A stretch of DNA of 64,000 nucleotides from Mobula hypostoma (Eukaryota), in assembly GCF_963921235.1 (NCBI RefSeq), contig NC_086097.1, forward strand, positions 116,064,001 to 116,128,000, written 5' to 3'. Both the position numbers and the translations under genes were made by a program. How positions within the stretch are numbered: the stretch's first letter is position 1; every line of letters begins with the position of its first letter. Shown one piece after another: positions 11,909 to 23,292 of this stretch. The notes under the pieces are model-generated. The model did not search any database and was not told the DNA's origin. It saw only the letters and a list, made by a program, of their open reading frames with translations.

Positions 11909-11916
11909 ATCCAGAT

Positions 11917-13690
11917 CTTAGACTGAGAGAATGGGACCAATCAAGTGTGATAGTGGAAAAGTGTGTATGGAACCAGAGGAGATGGTAGAGGTACTTAATG
12001 AATACCTTGCTTCAGTATTCATTATGGAAAAGGATCTTGGCGATTGTAGGGACTTGCAGCAGACTGAAAAGCTTGAGCATGTACATATTAAGGAAGAGGA
12101 TGTGCTGGAGTTTTTGGAAAGCATCAAGTTGGATAAATCACCGGGACCAGACGGGATGTACCCCAGGCTACTGTGGGAAGCGAGGGAGAAGATTGCTGAG
12201 TCTCTGATGATGATCTTTGCATCATCAATGGGGATGGGAGAGGTTCTGGAGGATTGGAGGGTTGCGGATGTTGTTCCCTTATTCACAAAAGGGAGTAGGG
12301 ATAGCCTAGAAAATTGTAGACCATTGAGTCTTACTTCAGTGGTTGGTAAGTTGATGGAGAAGATCCTGAGAAGCAGGATTTATGAACATTTGGAGAGGCA
12401 TAATATGATTAGGGATAGTCAACATGGCTTTGTCAAAGACAGGTCGTGCCTTTCAAGCCTGATTAATTTTTTTGAGAATGTAACCAAACACATTGATGAA
12501 GGTAGAGCAGTAGATGTAATGGATTCTGGCAAGGTATTTGATAAGGTACCCCATGCAAGGTTTATTGAGGAAGTAAGGAGGCATGGGATCCAATGGGCCC
12601 TTGCTTTGTGGATACAGAACTGGCTTGCCCACAGAGGGCAAGGAGTGGTTGTAGATGGGTCATATTCTGCATGGCGGCCAGTGACTAGTGGTGTACCTCA
12701 GGAATCTGTTCTGGGACTCCTACTCTTTGTGATTTTTATAAATGACCTGGATGAGTAACTTGGAGGGATGGGTTAGTAAATTTGCTGATGACACAAAGGT
12801 TGGGCATGTTGTGGATAATGTGGAGGGCTGTCAGAGGTTACAGTGGGACATTGATAGGATGCAAAACTGGGCTGAGAAGTGGCAATGGAGTTCAACCCAG
12901 ATAAGTGTGAGGTGGTTCATTTTGGTAGGTCAAATATGATAGCAGAATATAGTGTTAATGGCAAGACTCTTGGCATTGTGGAGGATCAGAGGCATCTTGG
13001 AGTCTGAGTCCATAGTACACTCAAAGCTGCCACGTAGGTTGACTCTGTGGTTAAGAAGGTATACAGTGCTTTGGCCTTCATTAATCGTGGGATTGAGTTT
13101 AAGAGCTGAGAGGTAATGTTGCAGCTATGTAGGACCCTGGTCAGACCTCACTTGGAGTATTATACTCAAATCTGATTGCCTCACTACAGGAAGGACGTGG
13201 AAACCACAGAAAGGGTGCAGAGGAGATTTACAAGGATGTTGCCTGGATTGGGGAGCATACCTTATGAGAATAAGTTGAGTGAACTCGGCCTTTTCTCCTT
13301 GGAGCGACGGAGGATGAGTGGTAATCTAATAGAGATGTACAAAATAATGAGGGGCATTGATCGTGTGGCTAGTCAGAGGCATTTCCCAGGGCTGAAATAG
13401 CTAGCATGAGAGGACATAATTTTAAGGTGCTTGGAAGTATGTACAGAGGAGATGCTAGGGGTAAGTTTTTTATGCTGAGAGTGGTGAGTGCGTGGAATGG
13501 GCTGCCAATGGCGGCAGTGGAGACAGAATCAATAGGGTCTTTTCAGAGACTTCTGGATGGATACGTGGAGCTTAGAAAAATAGAGGGCTATGGGTAACCT
13601 TGGTAGTTCTATGGTAAGGACATGTTCAGCACAGCTTTGTGGGCTGAAGGGCCTGTATTGTGCTGTAGGTTTTCTATGTTTCTATGTTTC
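11917..13690 (+). mobile_element. 5'-truncated CR1 LINE (RT domain, decayed)
   Basis: ORFs 11931..12758 ([26 protein letters not shown]), 12742..12939 (KFADDTK), 13176..13400 and 13406..13597; (TTTCTATG)n tail. Confidence 0.95.
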
Positions 13691-14959
13691 ATATTTTATA
13701 TAATTCTTTAATTTTTCCTGATACATCATATGTCAGATAAAGCTGATCCTTGACCCTTGATAATTAGTGCTAGCTCAACACAACTTCATGGTCGTTATTG
13801 GACTGACTGGGTTTTAAAATTGAGTAAGAAGTTTAGGATCAACTTGTATTTTTCAAGTCATTAGTGCGGGAGATTGTCCTGGCAACGCACATGGACAAAG
13901 TGTCATCTGGATAATGAAAACATTGTGCTGCTTCAGCACAGTAAAGAGAATGGCTCGGGTGCTGACCCTGAGGAATAACAATCCGAGCATGAAGTAATGT
14001 TGGAAAAATACTACAAGGGTTTCCGCTCCACTTCAATAATCTTAACTCCTGTTGCACCACTCAAACACACACAAGCTTCAGGATTCAATCCTGAAATGTG
14101 TCATTTTCATAAACAAACGACACAGCTGATGATGTGCTGGGGAAAGCCCACAAATGTTTTCACACATTATGGTGCCAACCTAGCACGCCCACAATGCTTG
14201 GCAGAGCAGCATAGAATACAATAAGTGACAAAACACAGCAGGAAAACAAATCGCATTCCTTCCTCCCTACCATGCTCATATACAGTCCTTTAATCCCAGT
14301 ACAGGCCTCCTGCGCCAGCAGACTTAGGTCTGCAAACAATGGGTTTGGACTGCCCCAGGGGACTGACAGGGATTCGTAGACTTGGCTCTGACCAGCGTGC
14401 CTCGACCCAATTCGCTCCTTAGGTCTAGATCCTAGGACACGCCAATCAGTGAACACTAGGCCTCCAACTCTGGACTTGCCAAAGATGGGACCCTAAACAC
14501 TCGGCCTTGAACTCTGAATGGCCCATTAGCAATTCACAGTGTTGCGCACAATCACTCTTTTACATAGCATCCCCCTTGTAAAACCCTCACACATTGCAAC
14601 CACTACACCCCACACCACTCAGCAAACATCTGCCCAACCCACATGCACAACAGTCTCCGCCCCTACTCCCACCTCCTACTAAAACAATTTCCCCAGATTC
14701 TTAACAGGAACTATGAGGAATTGATTTATTGTATAGTTGGGGAGCAGCAACACCGCGTCACTCATGGAGAGCGCCAGCTTCTGCCGAAGAACCCAAAGAA
14801 AACAGTATAAGTGTAGTTTTTCATCCCCTTGTCATTTGGAAAGTCCAGCAATGATCACAGCTCTGGCAACCCCTCAACTAATCATGATAGAGATGTTAAT
14901 TTTTATTGACAAAGCAAGCCAGAATTAAATTAGAATAGCTTAATTTATCACATAAATAA

Positions 14960-15528
14960 AGGTTAAAATTGCCAGGGGTGGTTGTGGAGATAAGCTCCCA
15001 CTACCCGTAAAGTGCTGCAAATGGCGTGCGACTCCAACAGCCTCTGACAACTCTTGGCTTTCACGTGTGGCTTGGCTACTAGCCCCGGCAGAACTGTTTC
15101 GACTAACAAGAGAAGGGGCAAAGGCAGAACCACTGGTGCCTCAAGACCAGTTGCTTCGAACAGGTGGGGTTTGTCAGCCTTGGATGGCAGCCTGCCTAGG
15201 AGAAGGAAATCTCTGCTCCCTTGTGGCCATACCCACCTATGGGAAAGACTTCGGGAGCAAACCCTGAGGAAGAAATCCGCAGACGAGGTCCCTAAGGCAG
15301 TTTGATGTTGTTTGCAACTTCACTCTGGCAACCTCTGCGACGACACTGGTGCCAAGCTGCATTGGCACTTGTCCTTCCCTTGGACTACATCAGTGATGTG
15401 GAGAGGGGAACCTGCTGTATGGACAACAGCAGGTTTTTCAACTCTTCCCGTCTATGCTTGCGTCCTGGAGAGGACACAGTCCACCAGAGGTGCAAACCCA
15501 TGATCCCCTGGGATTGACAGCTGACTAC
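14960..15528 (+). mobile_element. Non-autonomous retroposon, probably RTE-derived, with a structured 5' leader
   Basis: Ends in an ACTACTA tail; its 3' ~200 nt (CTCTGCGACGACACTGGTGCCAAGCTG..GGAGAGGGGA) match the tRNA-headed SINEs at 20519 and 45996; no pol III A/B boxes seen. Confidence 0.6.
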
Positions 15529-15529
15529 T

Positions 15530-15830
15530 ATATATCAAAGCATTGAGACACACAGTGAAATGCGTCGTTTTGTGTCAATGACCAACACAGTCCGAAGGAT
15601 GTCCTGGGGAAAGCCTGCAAGTGTTGCTGCACTTCTAGGCCAACATAGCATGGCCAGAACTCACTAAACTTAGCCATACACCTTTGGAATGTGGGACGAA
15701 ACCAAAGCACGCAGATGAACACTATACAGTCACAGAGAGAACATACAGACAGCAGTGGAAATCAAACCCCAATCAGTGATCACTGTTGCTGTAAAGTGAT
15801 TCCACTAACTTCCATGCTACCTTGCCACAT
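15530..15830 (-). mobile_element. tRNA-derived SINE (HE1/V-SINE-like)
   Basis: TTTGGAATGTGGGA.GAAACC..CAGTCACAGAGAGAACATACA core, antisense to the copies at 18535 and 20412. Confidence 0.7.
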
Positions 15831-16339
15831 GAGATTTCCTGTGGCTGCAGAAGTATAAATATCTCTGTCCCTGCTGACTTTCAAAGTCTTAACTTCTGGA
15901 GGCTTCACTTCAGGAGAGCTCAGGATATGAGTATGCCTCTCGAAGCCCCTTTGGAGGATGAAGTTTAATAGATCTTCTGGATATCTCAGGTCTATCCATG
16001 TTTACTTCTAAACCTGCTGTACCAACTCCTGCAGTTAGATCACCACGATAGGAGGTTCTACATTTTGAAGCATCCATGAGTAGAGGTTATCGTGATTTGT
16101 AAGAGTAGCAACTCAAGTCATCAATCAAGGTGATTTTCTCTGCAGAACAGGATGGAATAGTCAACCAATGACAGTCTTCAGCTACTAATGGACACTTGAT
16201 GAAATTTTTTGCCTTGTCTCAGCTTAATTTTATCTTTCTGCATATTTTATTTTCACAGAGTTGACTTATTTTATATTGTAATATTTAAATGTATTAATAG
16301 TAATTCAATATTGTTATTCTTTTACCATAAAGCATTAAC

Positions 16340-16830
16340 AAATAGGAAGAGGAGTAAGCTATTCAGTGCCTTGGATCTTGCTCTGCCATTCAATAATGGC
16401 TCATTAAACTTTCCTCTTTTCTTGCCTGACTCCCATAACCAGTGAATAAATTGATCATGCTGCACTTTGAATGTATTCAAAAATTCAGTCACCACTGTGT
16501 CCTGGGGCAAAAAAAAAACATTGAATCACTCATAACCCTTCAAGGGAAGAAACTCTTCCTTGTCTCACCCTTAAATGGATGCCCCCTCTGGGTCTTGACT
16601 CTCCCATAAGGGAAAACATGCTTTCACCATTTATCCGTCAAGCCCCCTAATATTTTTAAATAAGATTGCCACTCTTTCTTCCAAACTCCAATTAATACAG
16701 ACCCATCTTTTTCAAACTTTCCTCATAAGATCATCTCTTTCGAACCATCTCAGTAAATTTTCACTGAATTGCCTCTAACAGTAATAAATCTTTTTCTAAA
16801 ATAGCTGAACCAAACTTGTTTGTGCAATCC
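16340..16830 (-). mobile_element. Old CR1 LINE 3' fragment
   Basis: Decayed antisense CR1 motifs (GAAGAAACTCTTCCTTGTCTC, CTCTTTCTTCCAAACTCCA). Confidence 0.5.
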
Positions 16831-17149
16831 AAATGAAATAAAGAACAGTGTTACCTGTTGTACTTGTCTTTGAGCTTTCTGCTTTTTATATATGACTACA
16901 CAGAAATCCCTATATGCCTTGGCTTATTGTAATCTTTCCCTGTTTAAATAATAAACTTCCCATTTGAGCAATGGACCATTATATCATTCTCCTTCCAAAG
17001 TGAACAGGCTTCACACCTTCCCCAGTTCAGTTCTGGTTCCTAACTCTTTGCTACTCACTTTATCTTTCAAAACATCTGCTGATTCTATGTTCTCTGCACA
17101 GTGGATGCAGAAGTTTGTAAACACCTGGCTGTGGTTCAGTAAACCGGAG

Positions 17150-17350
17150 ACACGAGACTGCAGATGCTGGAGTCTGTGATCAACAAGCAACCTGTTGAAA
17201 GAACTCAAAGGATCGAGCAGCGTCTGTGGGGGTGGAGGAATTGTTGATGCTTCAGATCAATCCTGATGCAGAGTGTCAGCCATTGAAAATATCACCACTT
17301 CCCATCCCCGCAGAAATGCTTCTCAGCTTGCTGAATTACTCCAGCAGATT
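17150..17350. mobile_element. Penelope-derived inverted short element, degenerate
   Basis: CTGCAGATGCTGGA tail, GAACTCA..CAGC left arm and TGCTGAATTACTCCAGCA right arm, with a central CCTGATG. Confidence 0.5.
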
Positions 17351-17384
17351 GTTGTCTCCTTTAACTCAACAACAGGGCACTGAG

Positions 17385-18075
17385 GAGTGCAGTAGAACAG
17401 AGGGATTTGGGAGTACAGATCCATAATTCCTTGAAAGTGGTGACAGAGGTAGACAGGGTTGTAAAGAGAGCCTTTGGAATATTGGCCTTCAGAGACAAAG
17501 TATTGCGTACATGAGTTGGGATGTTATATTGGTGTTGTGTAAGACATTGTTGAGGCCTGATTTGGAGCACTGTGTGCAGTTCCAATCACCTGCCTACAGT
17601 AAAGATATCAATAAGATTGAAGGAGTGCAGAGAACATGTATAAGGATATTGCTGAGACTTGAGAAACTGAGTTATAGGGAAAGATTGAATAGGTTATGAC
17701 TTCATTCCCTAGAATGTAGGAGAATGAGGGGAGATTTGATAGAGGTATGCAAAATTAGGAAGGGTACAAACAGGAGTTTTCCTACTGAGGTTGGGTGACA
17801 CTCAAAATACAGATCATAAATTAAGATTGAAAGGTGAAGTACTGAGGAGGACCTTCTTCACACACATAGTGGTGACAGTGTGCAATGAGCTGCCAGCAGA
17901 AGTGGTGGATGTGGGTTTAATGCCAGCTTTTAAAAGAAACTTGGTAAATACATGGATAGGAGGGGTATAGAGGGCTATGGCAGGGATGCAGATCAATGGG
18001 ACCAGGAAGAATGGCAGTTTGGCATGAACTAGATGGGCCAAAGGGCCTGCTTCTGTGCTGTACTGCTCCATAACC
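17385..18075 (+). mobile_element. CR1 LINE 3' fragment
   Basis: ORF 17511..17699 LLRPDLEHCVQF..LSYRERLNRL, followed by the 3'UTR. Confidence 0.9.
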
Positions 18076-18534
18076 CTAAGTCTCAAATAGAGAATCATAT
18101 AAACATGTTCCTGTGTGAATGACAGAGCTTAAATTAAAAAATGTAACCCATTGTTTTCGAGAGCTCATGGTGTCATGCAGCTTGGGAAGTACAAATTCTG
18201 AAAATTCAGTCCATGTTAGTCATCAACTGCTGTGGAGAAAAAAGAATCACGACTTGCTGACAATGTAAGAAGATTCTTCACAAATATCAATGCATTTCAG
18301 CCATTGCTGTGTGCAGTTCTCAAGTTGCTCATTGCTCAGCAGGGTTAGTGTTTTAGTGTTGAAAATTTAATTAACTCTGAGATGGAACGAGCAGCAACAG
18401 AACTATATGATGCTCCTGGAACTTATTTGAATGCCAGTACAATAAGAAGCTTCAGAAACTCCAGAAAAAATGGTTGCTGGTTTCTGTATTTAATAGCCCA
18501 CTAAGAAGATGGAATTTTTTTCTCATGGAGTCAT

Positions 18535-18800
18535 GGGGCAGTATGGGATTAGCAGAATGCTTTACAGTACTGGTGACCCAGGTTCAATTCCCACCACTGC
18601 CTTTAAGGAGTTTGTACGTTCTCCCTGTGACTGAGCGGGTTTCCTCCGGATGATCCGGTCTCCTCATGTCCACAGATGTACCGGTTGGTAGGTTAACTTG
18701 TTTGTGTGATTAGGCTGGGATTAAATTGGGGGATTGCTGGAAGGCACAGTTCAAAGGCTGAAAGGATCTATTTCACGCTGTATCTCAATAAATAAATAAA
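18535..18800 (+). mobile_element. tRNA-derived SINE (HE1/V-SINE-like)
   Basis: B-box GGTTCAATTCC, core GGAGTTTGTACGTTCTCCC..GGGTTTCCTCCGG, and (TAAA)n tail. Confidence 0.8.
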
Positions 18801-18821
18801 TATTGCACCAAAACTAAAAGA

Positions 18822-19215
18822 AACACTCACAAAATGGAGGAACTTAGCAGGTCAGGCTGCAAGGAAGGAAATAAAAAGTTGACATTTTGGGCCAAGATCC
18901 TTCCTCAGGACTGGAAATGAAGGAAGAAAAAGCCAGAATAAAAAGGTGGGAGGAGGGGAAGGTCCAAGCAGGAAGGTGATAGGTGAAGCCATCTGAGGGG
19001 GAAGGTAAGAGGGTGGGGGAGGAGGAATGAATTGAGAAGTTGGGAGGTGATTGGTGGAAAAGGTAAAGGGCTGAAGAAGAAGCAATCTGATAGGAGAGAA
19101 GAGTGGACCATGGAGGTAGGAAGGAGGTGGATGCACACCAGCCAGAGGTGATAGGCAGTTGAGGAGAAGAGGAAATATAATAGTGGGGCCAGAACAAGGA
19201 ATGGAAAAAGAGAGA
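18822..19215 (-). mobile_element. Penelope-derived fragment (purine-rich pLTR) with degenerate hammerhead
   Basis: Minus strand reads AGTCCTGAGGAAGGATCTTGGCCCAAAATGTCAACT after a CT-rich tract. Confidence 0.7.
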
Positions 19216-19699
19216 AAATTAAAACGTGTATCTGGACAGATCCAAAATATTAAGTTAATATACCAATTGGTCATTCCACAGTTACAGGGGGAAAAATGTC
19301 ATCTGGTGTAAGAAGCCTAACAACATCACAATACCTCACTGGGCCCTCTCCAACACTAATCTCCCAAGAAGAACAAGCAAATAAACAAACACTCAGAAGG
19401 TGGAAATCTGCCAAAATCAATCCAAATGACCGGGAGGACAACTGGTAAAATGCAGACTAATTAAGTAAAATGCTCTGCTGCTGGCTGACAGCATGAGTAG
19501 TTTGCCTTTAAGGACTGACCACTTCTTGTGATTGCTCTGTGCCCAAGTGTTAGTATCTGTACTCAGTTAACCCAGGACCGGCTCGAACCATGCAATTTCC
19601 TCCACCTAAGGCTCCTTTAAAGATGAGGGAAGCCTGTCCATACATATTGTAGTACAGCACTATGCTGAAGGCAAATGGATGTCCATGAAAGCACAGTGG

Positions 19700-19890
19700 C
19701 ATGGTAGCACTGTAGGGTGGCACATAGCGTGATAGTTGGTGCATCACTCGACAGCACCAGCTTACACCGATCAGAGTTCAATTCCCACCGCTCTCTGTAA
19801 CGGGTCTATATATTCTCCGCGTAGCAGTGTGGTTTTCCTCCAGGTGCTCCAGTTTCCTTCCACACCGTTTTGCATTCGGGTCAGATAGAT
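19700..19890 (+). mobile_element. tRNA-derived SINE fragment (HE1/V-SINE-like)
   Basis: GAGTTCAATTCCCACCGCT.TCTGTAA..GGTTTTCCTCCAGGTGCTCCAGTTTCC. Confidence 0.7.
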
Positions 19891-20518
19891 GTGGGCATGT
19901 AAAAACACAAATCTCAGTGTTGAGTATGGTGGCATACACGTAATTTGATAATGCATCTTCTTCGAACTTTGCAAAACGAGCTGGACAACCAGATGTGTTT
20001 GTTTACTTCTGACTGTGGGGGGGGGGGGTGGGGGTGGTGGATTTTAAAAAGATCTACAGGATTATTTATGTCTATCTTGAGAAGCAGTACAAGGACTTGG
20101 CTTGGAGGGCAGGGTTTCATACGATCTGTATTTCACTGCCCAGGGATACATTTACATGTTGTTGCCGCATGCCTCCTAATGATCTTGAAGCATCACCACT
20201 GCATCTGCCCCTCAAATTAGAGTCGATCATAAGCAACTGCTGGATCTCAACACATTGTATCCTAAGGCAAAGCAAAAGATAATCAGGCATTGAAAAATGG
20301 TTCAAGGCATTCTAAATAATTTTAAAATGATAAAAATTGTTTTTTAAAATTAAAGCAATCCATTAACTTAAGAATACATTAAACTGCTGCAAGTTAGTGA
20401 AACGCATGAATGGGCAGCGCAGTGGCTAGCACATTGCTTCACAGGGCCAATGATCACTGACAGAAGTTCAACTCCTGCTACTGACTGTCAGCACGAGGAA
20501 ATCTGCAGATGCTGGAAT

Positions 20519-20830
20519 GCGTGTCGCCAAGTGGTTAAGGCATTCGTCTAGTGATTTGAAGGTTGCTAGTTCAAGCCTCGGCTGAGGCAGCGCGTATGTC
20601 CTTGAGCAAGGCACTTAACCACACATTGCTCTGCGACGACACCGGTGCCAAGCTGTATGGGTCCTAATGCCCTTCCCTTAGACAACATCGGTAGTGTGGA
20701 GAGGGGAGACTTGCAGCATATGCAACTGCTAGTATTCCATACAACCTTGCCCAGGCCTGCGCCCTGGAAACCTTCCAAGGAGCAAATCCATGGTCTCATG
20801 AGACTAATGGATGCCTATAATAATATAATA
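20519..20830 (+). mobile_element. tRNA-headed SINE with an RTE-like body
   Basis: A-box-like CGCCAAGTGG, B-box GTTCAAGCC, (TAA)n tail; close copy at 45996-46307. Confidence 0.85.
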
Positions 20831-21100
20831 ACACTTAAAAAATTGCTGGTGAATGCAGCAGGCCGGGCAGCATCTGGGAGGGGGAGGGGGAGATCTGAAA
20901 TCATTGGAGAAGACAGGAGGGGGAGGAATGGAGTTAAGAGCTGGAAAGTTGATTGGCTACCCCCCTCCCCCTTTCTTTCTCCCTAGGCCTCCCATCCCAT
21001 GATCCTCTCATATCCCTTTCCCCCTCTTGTCTTCTCCTATCATTTCAGATCTCCCCCTCCCCCTCGCACTTTCAAATTTCTTACTAGTTCTTCTTTCAGA

Positions 21101-21138
21101 TAGTCCTGACGAAGGGTCTCGGCCCGAAACGTCGATTA
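21101..21138 (+). ncRNA. Minimal type I hammerhead ribozyme motif (Penelope-associated)
   Basis: Stem I TAGTC/GATTA; core CTGACGA plus an extra A; stem II GGG-TCTCGG-CCC; GAAA; palindromic ACGT stem III; GTC cleavage triplet ending at 21133. Confidence 0.8.
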
Positions 21139-21953
21139 AACCTCTTCCTATAGATGCTGCCTGGCCTACTGCGTTCACCAGCAATTTTTATGTGTGTTGC
21201 TGACAGTAAGGATTTGTATGTTCTCCCTATGACCATATGGGTTTCCTCCCGATCCTCCCATTTCCTCTCACATTCCAAATGAGACATACGGTGAGGGTTA
21301 TTGAGTTGTGGGCACACTATGTTGGTGCTGAAAATGTGGTGACACTTGTGGGCTGTCCCCAGCTTATCTTTGGATTGTGTTGGTCATTGACATAAAACGA
21401 CCTATTTCAATGTACCTTCTGATGTTTCGATGTACATGCGACAAAAGAAACTAATCTTCTCTCTCTTTGAGAATGATGAAATAAAGAATAATAAACAAAA
21501 ATAATTTTAATGATGAAGAGTGATCACATTCAAACAATTGCAGAGCATTGGAAGATGTCCCATGTACCACATCTGACCAATAAATGCCATACTTTTTTAC
21601 TCCCCTGCATTTGTATGACACATGAAATGGCTGACACTTTCCATATACCTGTAGGACAATTCTCCACAAAGCTTCCAGTTAGTCATCAGCAGGGTCTGGT
21701 CCATCACTTCACCTCCCATAAATCATCCCTCCGTTGGTGATGTTTTGAAATGTCAATCCACATAATGCATTGAAGTTCTACAATGCTAATTCTACCAAGG
21801 CATTACATCAATCTAACAATGATTCCAAAATAAGATTAACAAAATCCGAATTGAATTGCTGATAAAAGTTAAAAAAATCTATTCCATTTGACAACTTTAC
21901 CACAAACCTGTCTGGAAATGTCTGAAATGTTCACCCGTCTTTTCTTTCTTAAG

Positions 21954-22170
21954 CAACACACACAAACTGCTGGAGGAACTCAGCAGTCCTGACAGCATCT
22001 ATGGAGATGAATAAACAGTCGACGTATCAGGCCGAGACCCTTCTTTGGGATCCAAAGGTTTTGGCCCAAAATATTAAGTGTTTATTTATTTTCATGAATG
22101 CTTCCTGAACTGTTGAGTTCCTCCAGCATTTTGTGTGTATTGCTTTTGATTTCCAGCATCTGTAGACTTT
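21954..22170. mobile_element. Penelope-derived inverted short element
   Basis: Arms GCAACACACACAAACTGCTGGAGGAACTCAGCAG / CTGTTGAGTTCCTCCAGCATTTTGTGTGTATTGC; hammerhead remnants in the centre. Confidence 0.8.
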
Positions 22171-22614
22171 CTTGAGTTAACCATGGAGACAATAAATAAA
22201 ATTAAGCATCATTGGATAAGCATAAGGGTGATACAAGGATTGCAAGGAGGGAGTCAGAATAGCTGAAATTTAGAGACAGTTGATAAAAAGTCTATGGCAA
22301 AATAAAAGAGTAATGTGGATTCTCAGCTGTGACACCAAATCAATGTTAAATATGTGAAACAGTTTAAATTTTCAGTTTCTCCCCCACCCGTCCATTGTTC
22401 ACATACAGCTTTTTATCTGATTTAATTTGATTACCCAAAGTGCTTTTTCATGTCACTTGTTTGCTTTATTCTAAGTTCATCTAGTTTCTATTTTCATGCA
22501 AAAATTCATTGATTGTATAGCCGATGAATCTTTCAAAGTTAGAATGCCTGAATGTATCCAATGAACAGCACCGGTTTTTATTTATTCTGTGTCCTTCATG
22601 AGGCACTTTATCTC

Positions 22615-22910
22615 ATTGGTATCAGTTTATTATTGTCACATGTACCAAGATACAATGAAGAGTTTGCCTTGCACACTGTTCATAAAGGTCAAATCATTAC
22701 ACATTGCATTGAGGTAGAACAAGATAAAATAACAACATTGCAGAATAAGGTGTAAAATCTTCAGGGAAGTGTGGTGCAGGAAAACAATAAAGTGTAAGAT
22801 TGTAATGAGATAGATTGTGAGGTCAAGGATCCATCACACTGTACAAAAGGTTCACTAAAGATTCTGATAACAGCGGGATAGAAGCCGTCCTAGAACCTGG
22901 CAGTATGTGT
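22615..22910 (-). mobile_element. LINE 3'UTR fragment (Rex1/Babar or L2 type)
   Basis: GTTTATTATTGTCACATGTACC tail and GGGATAGAAGCCGTCCTAGAACCTGG block. Confidence 0.45.
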
Positions 22911-23292
22911 GAAATTTGTTTTCAAGAAGCATAAGGTAGATGACTGAAAGCACTGCTAATCAACAACATGTTATAGAAGTTCTTAAAAGAGTTGTAGAGA
23001 GATCGAGACGCAAAGAGCATCTAGATCAGGTTTCCAGGGCTTACGGCCATTTACAGCTGAAATCACAATTGTTAGTGGGAAAGGGGTATAATTAGTGGGT
23101 GATAAGAAAGTGAAATTGGAGGGGTGATGGTGTGATAGGAAGTGGTAAGGTGCATGGCAGGATGTTAAAACAAGTGTCAGATTGTTGAAGTAAATAATGG
23201 ACAAACTGACAGAGTTGATGGATGAGATTGCTTTGGTACAATTTGAAAAATTTTATGTCTTTTGGGAGGGCAAACTGGTATGAGTAGTAGTA

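Larger units (their letters stand above)
20489..21199 (+). mobile_element. Penelope-derived non-coding element with inverted arms
   Basis: Inverted arms AATTGCTGGTGAATGCAGCAGGCCGGGCAGCATC / GATGCTGCCTGGCCTACTGCGTTCACCAGCAATT; TSD CTGACTGT (20481-20488) / CTGACAGT (21200-21207). Confidence 0.8.
20412..21460 (+). mobile_element. tRNA-derived SINE (HE1/V-SINE-like) split by the insertion at 20489-21199
   Basis: Head at 20412-20488 (GTTCAACTCC B-box) resumes at 21208 with AAGGATTTGTATGTTCTCCC. Confidence 0.75.
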
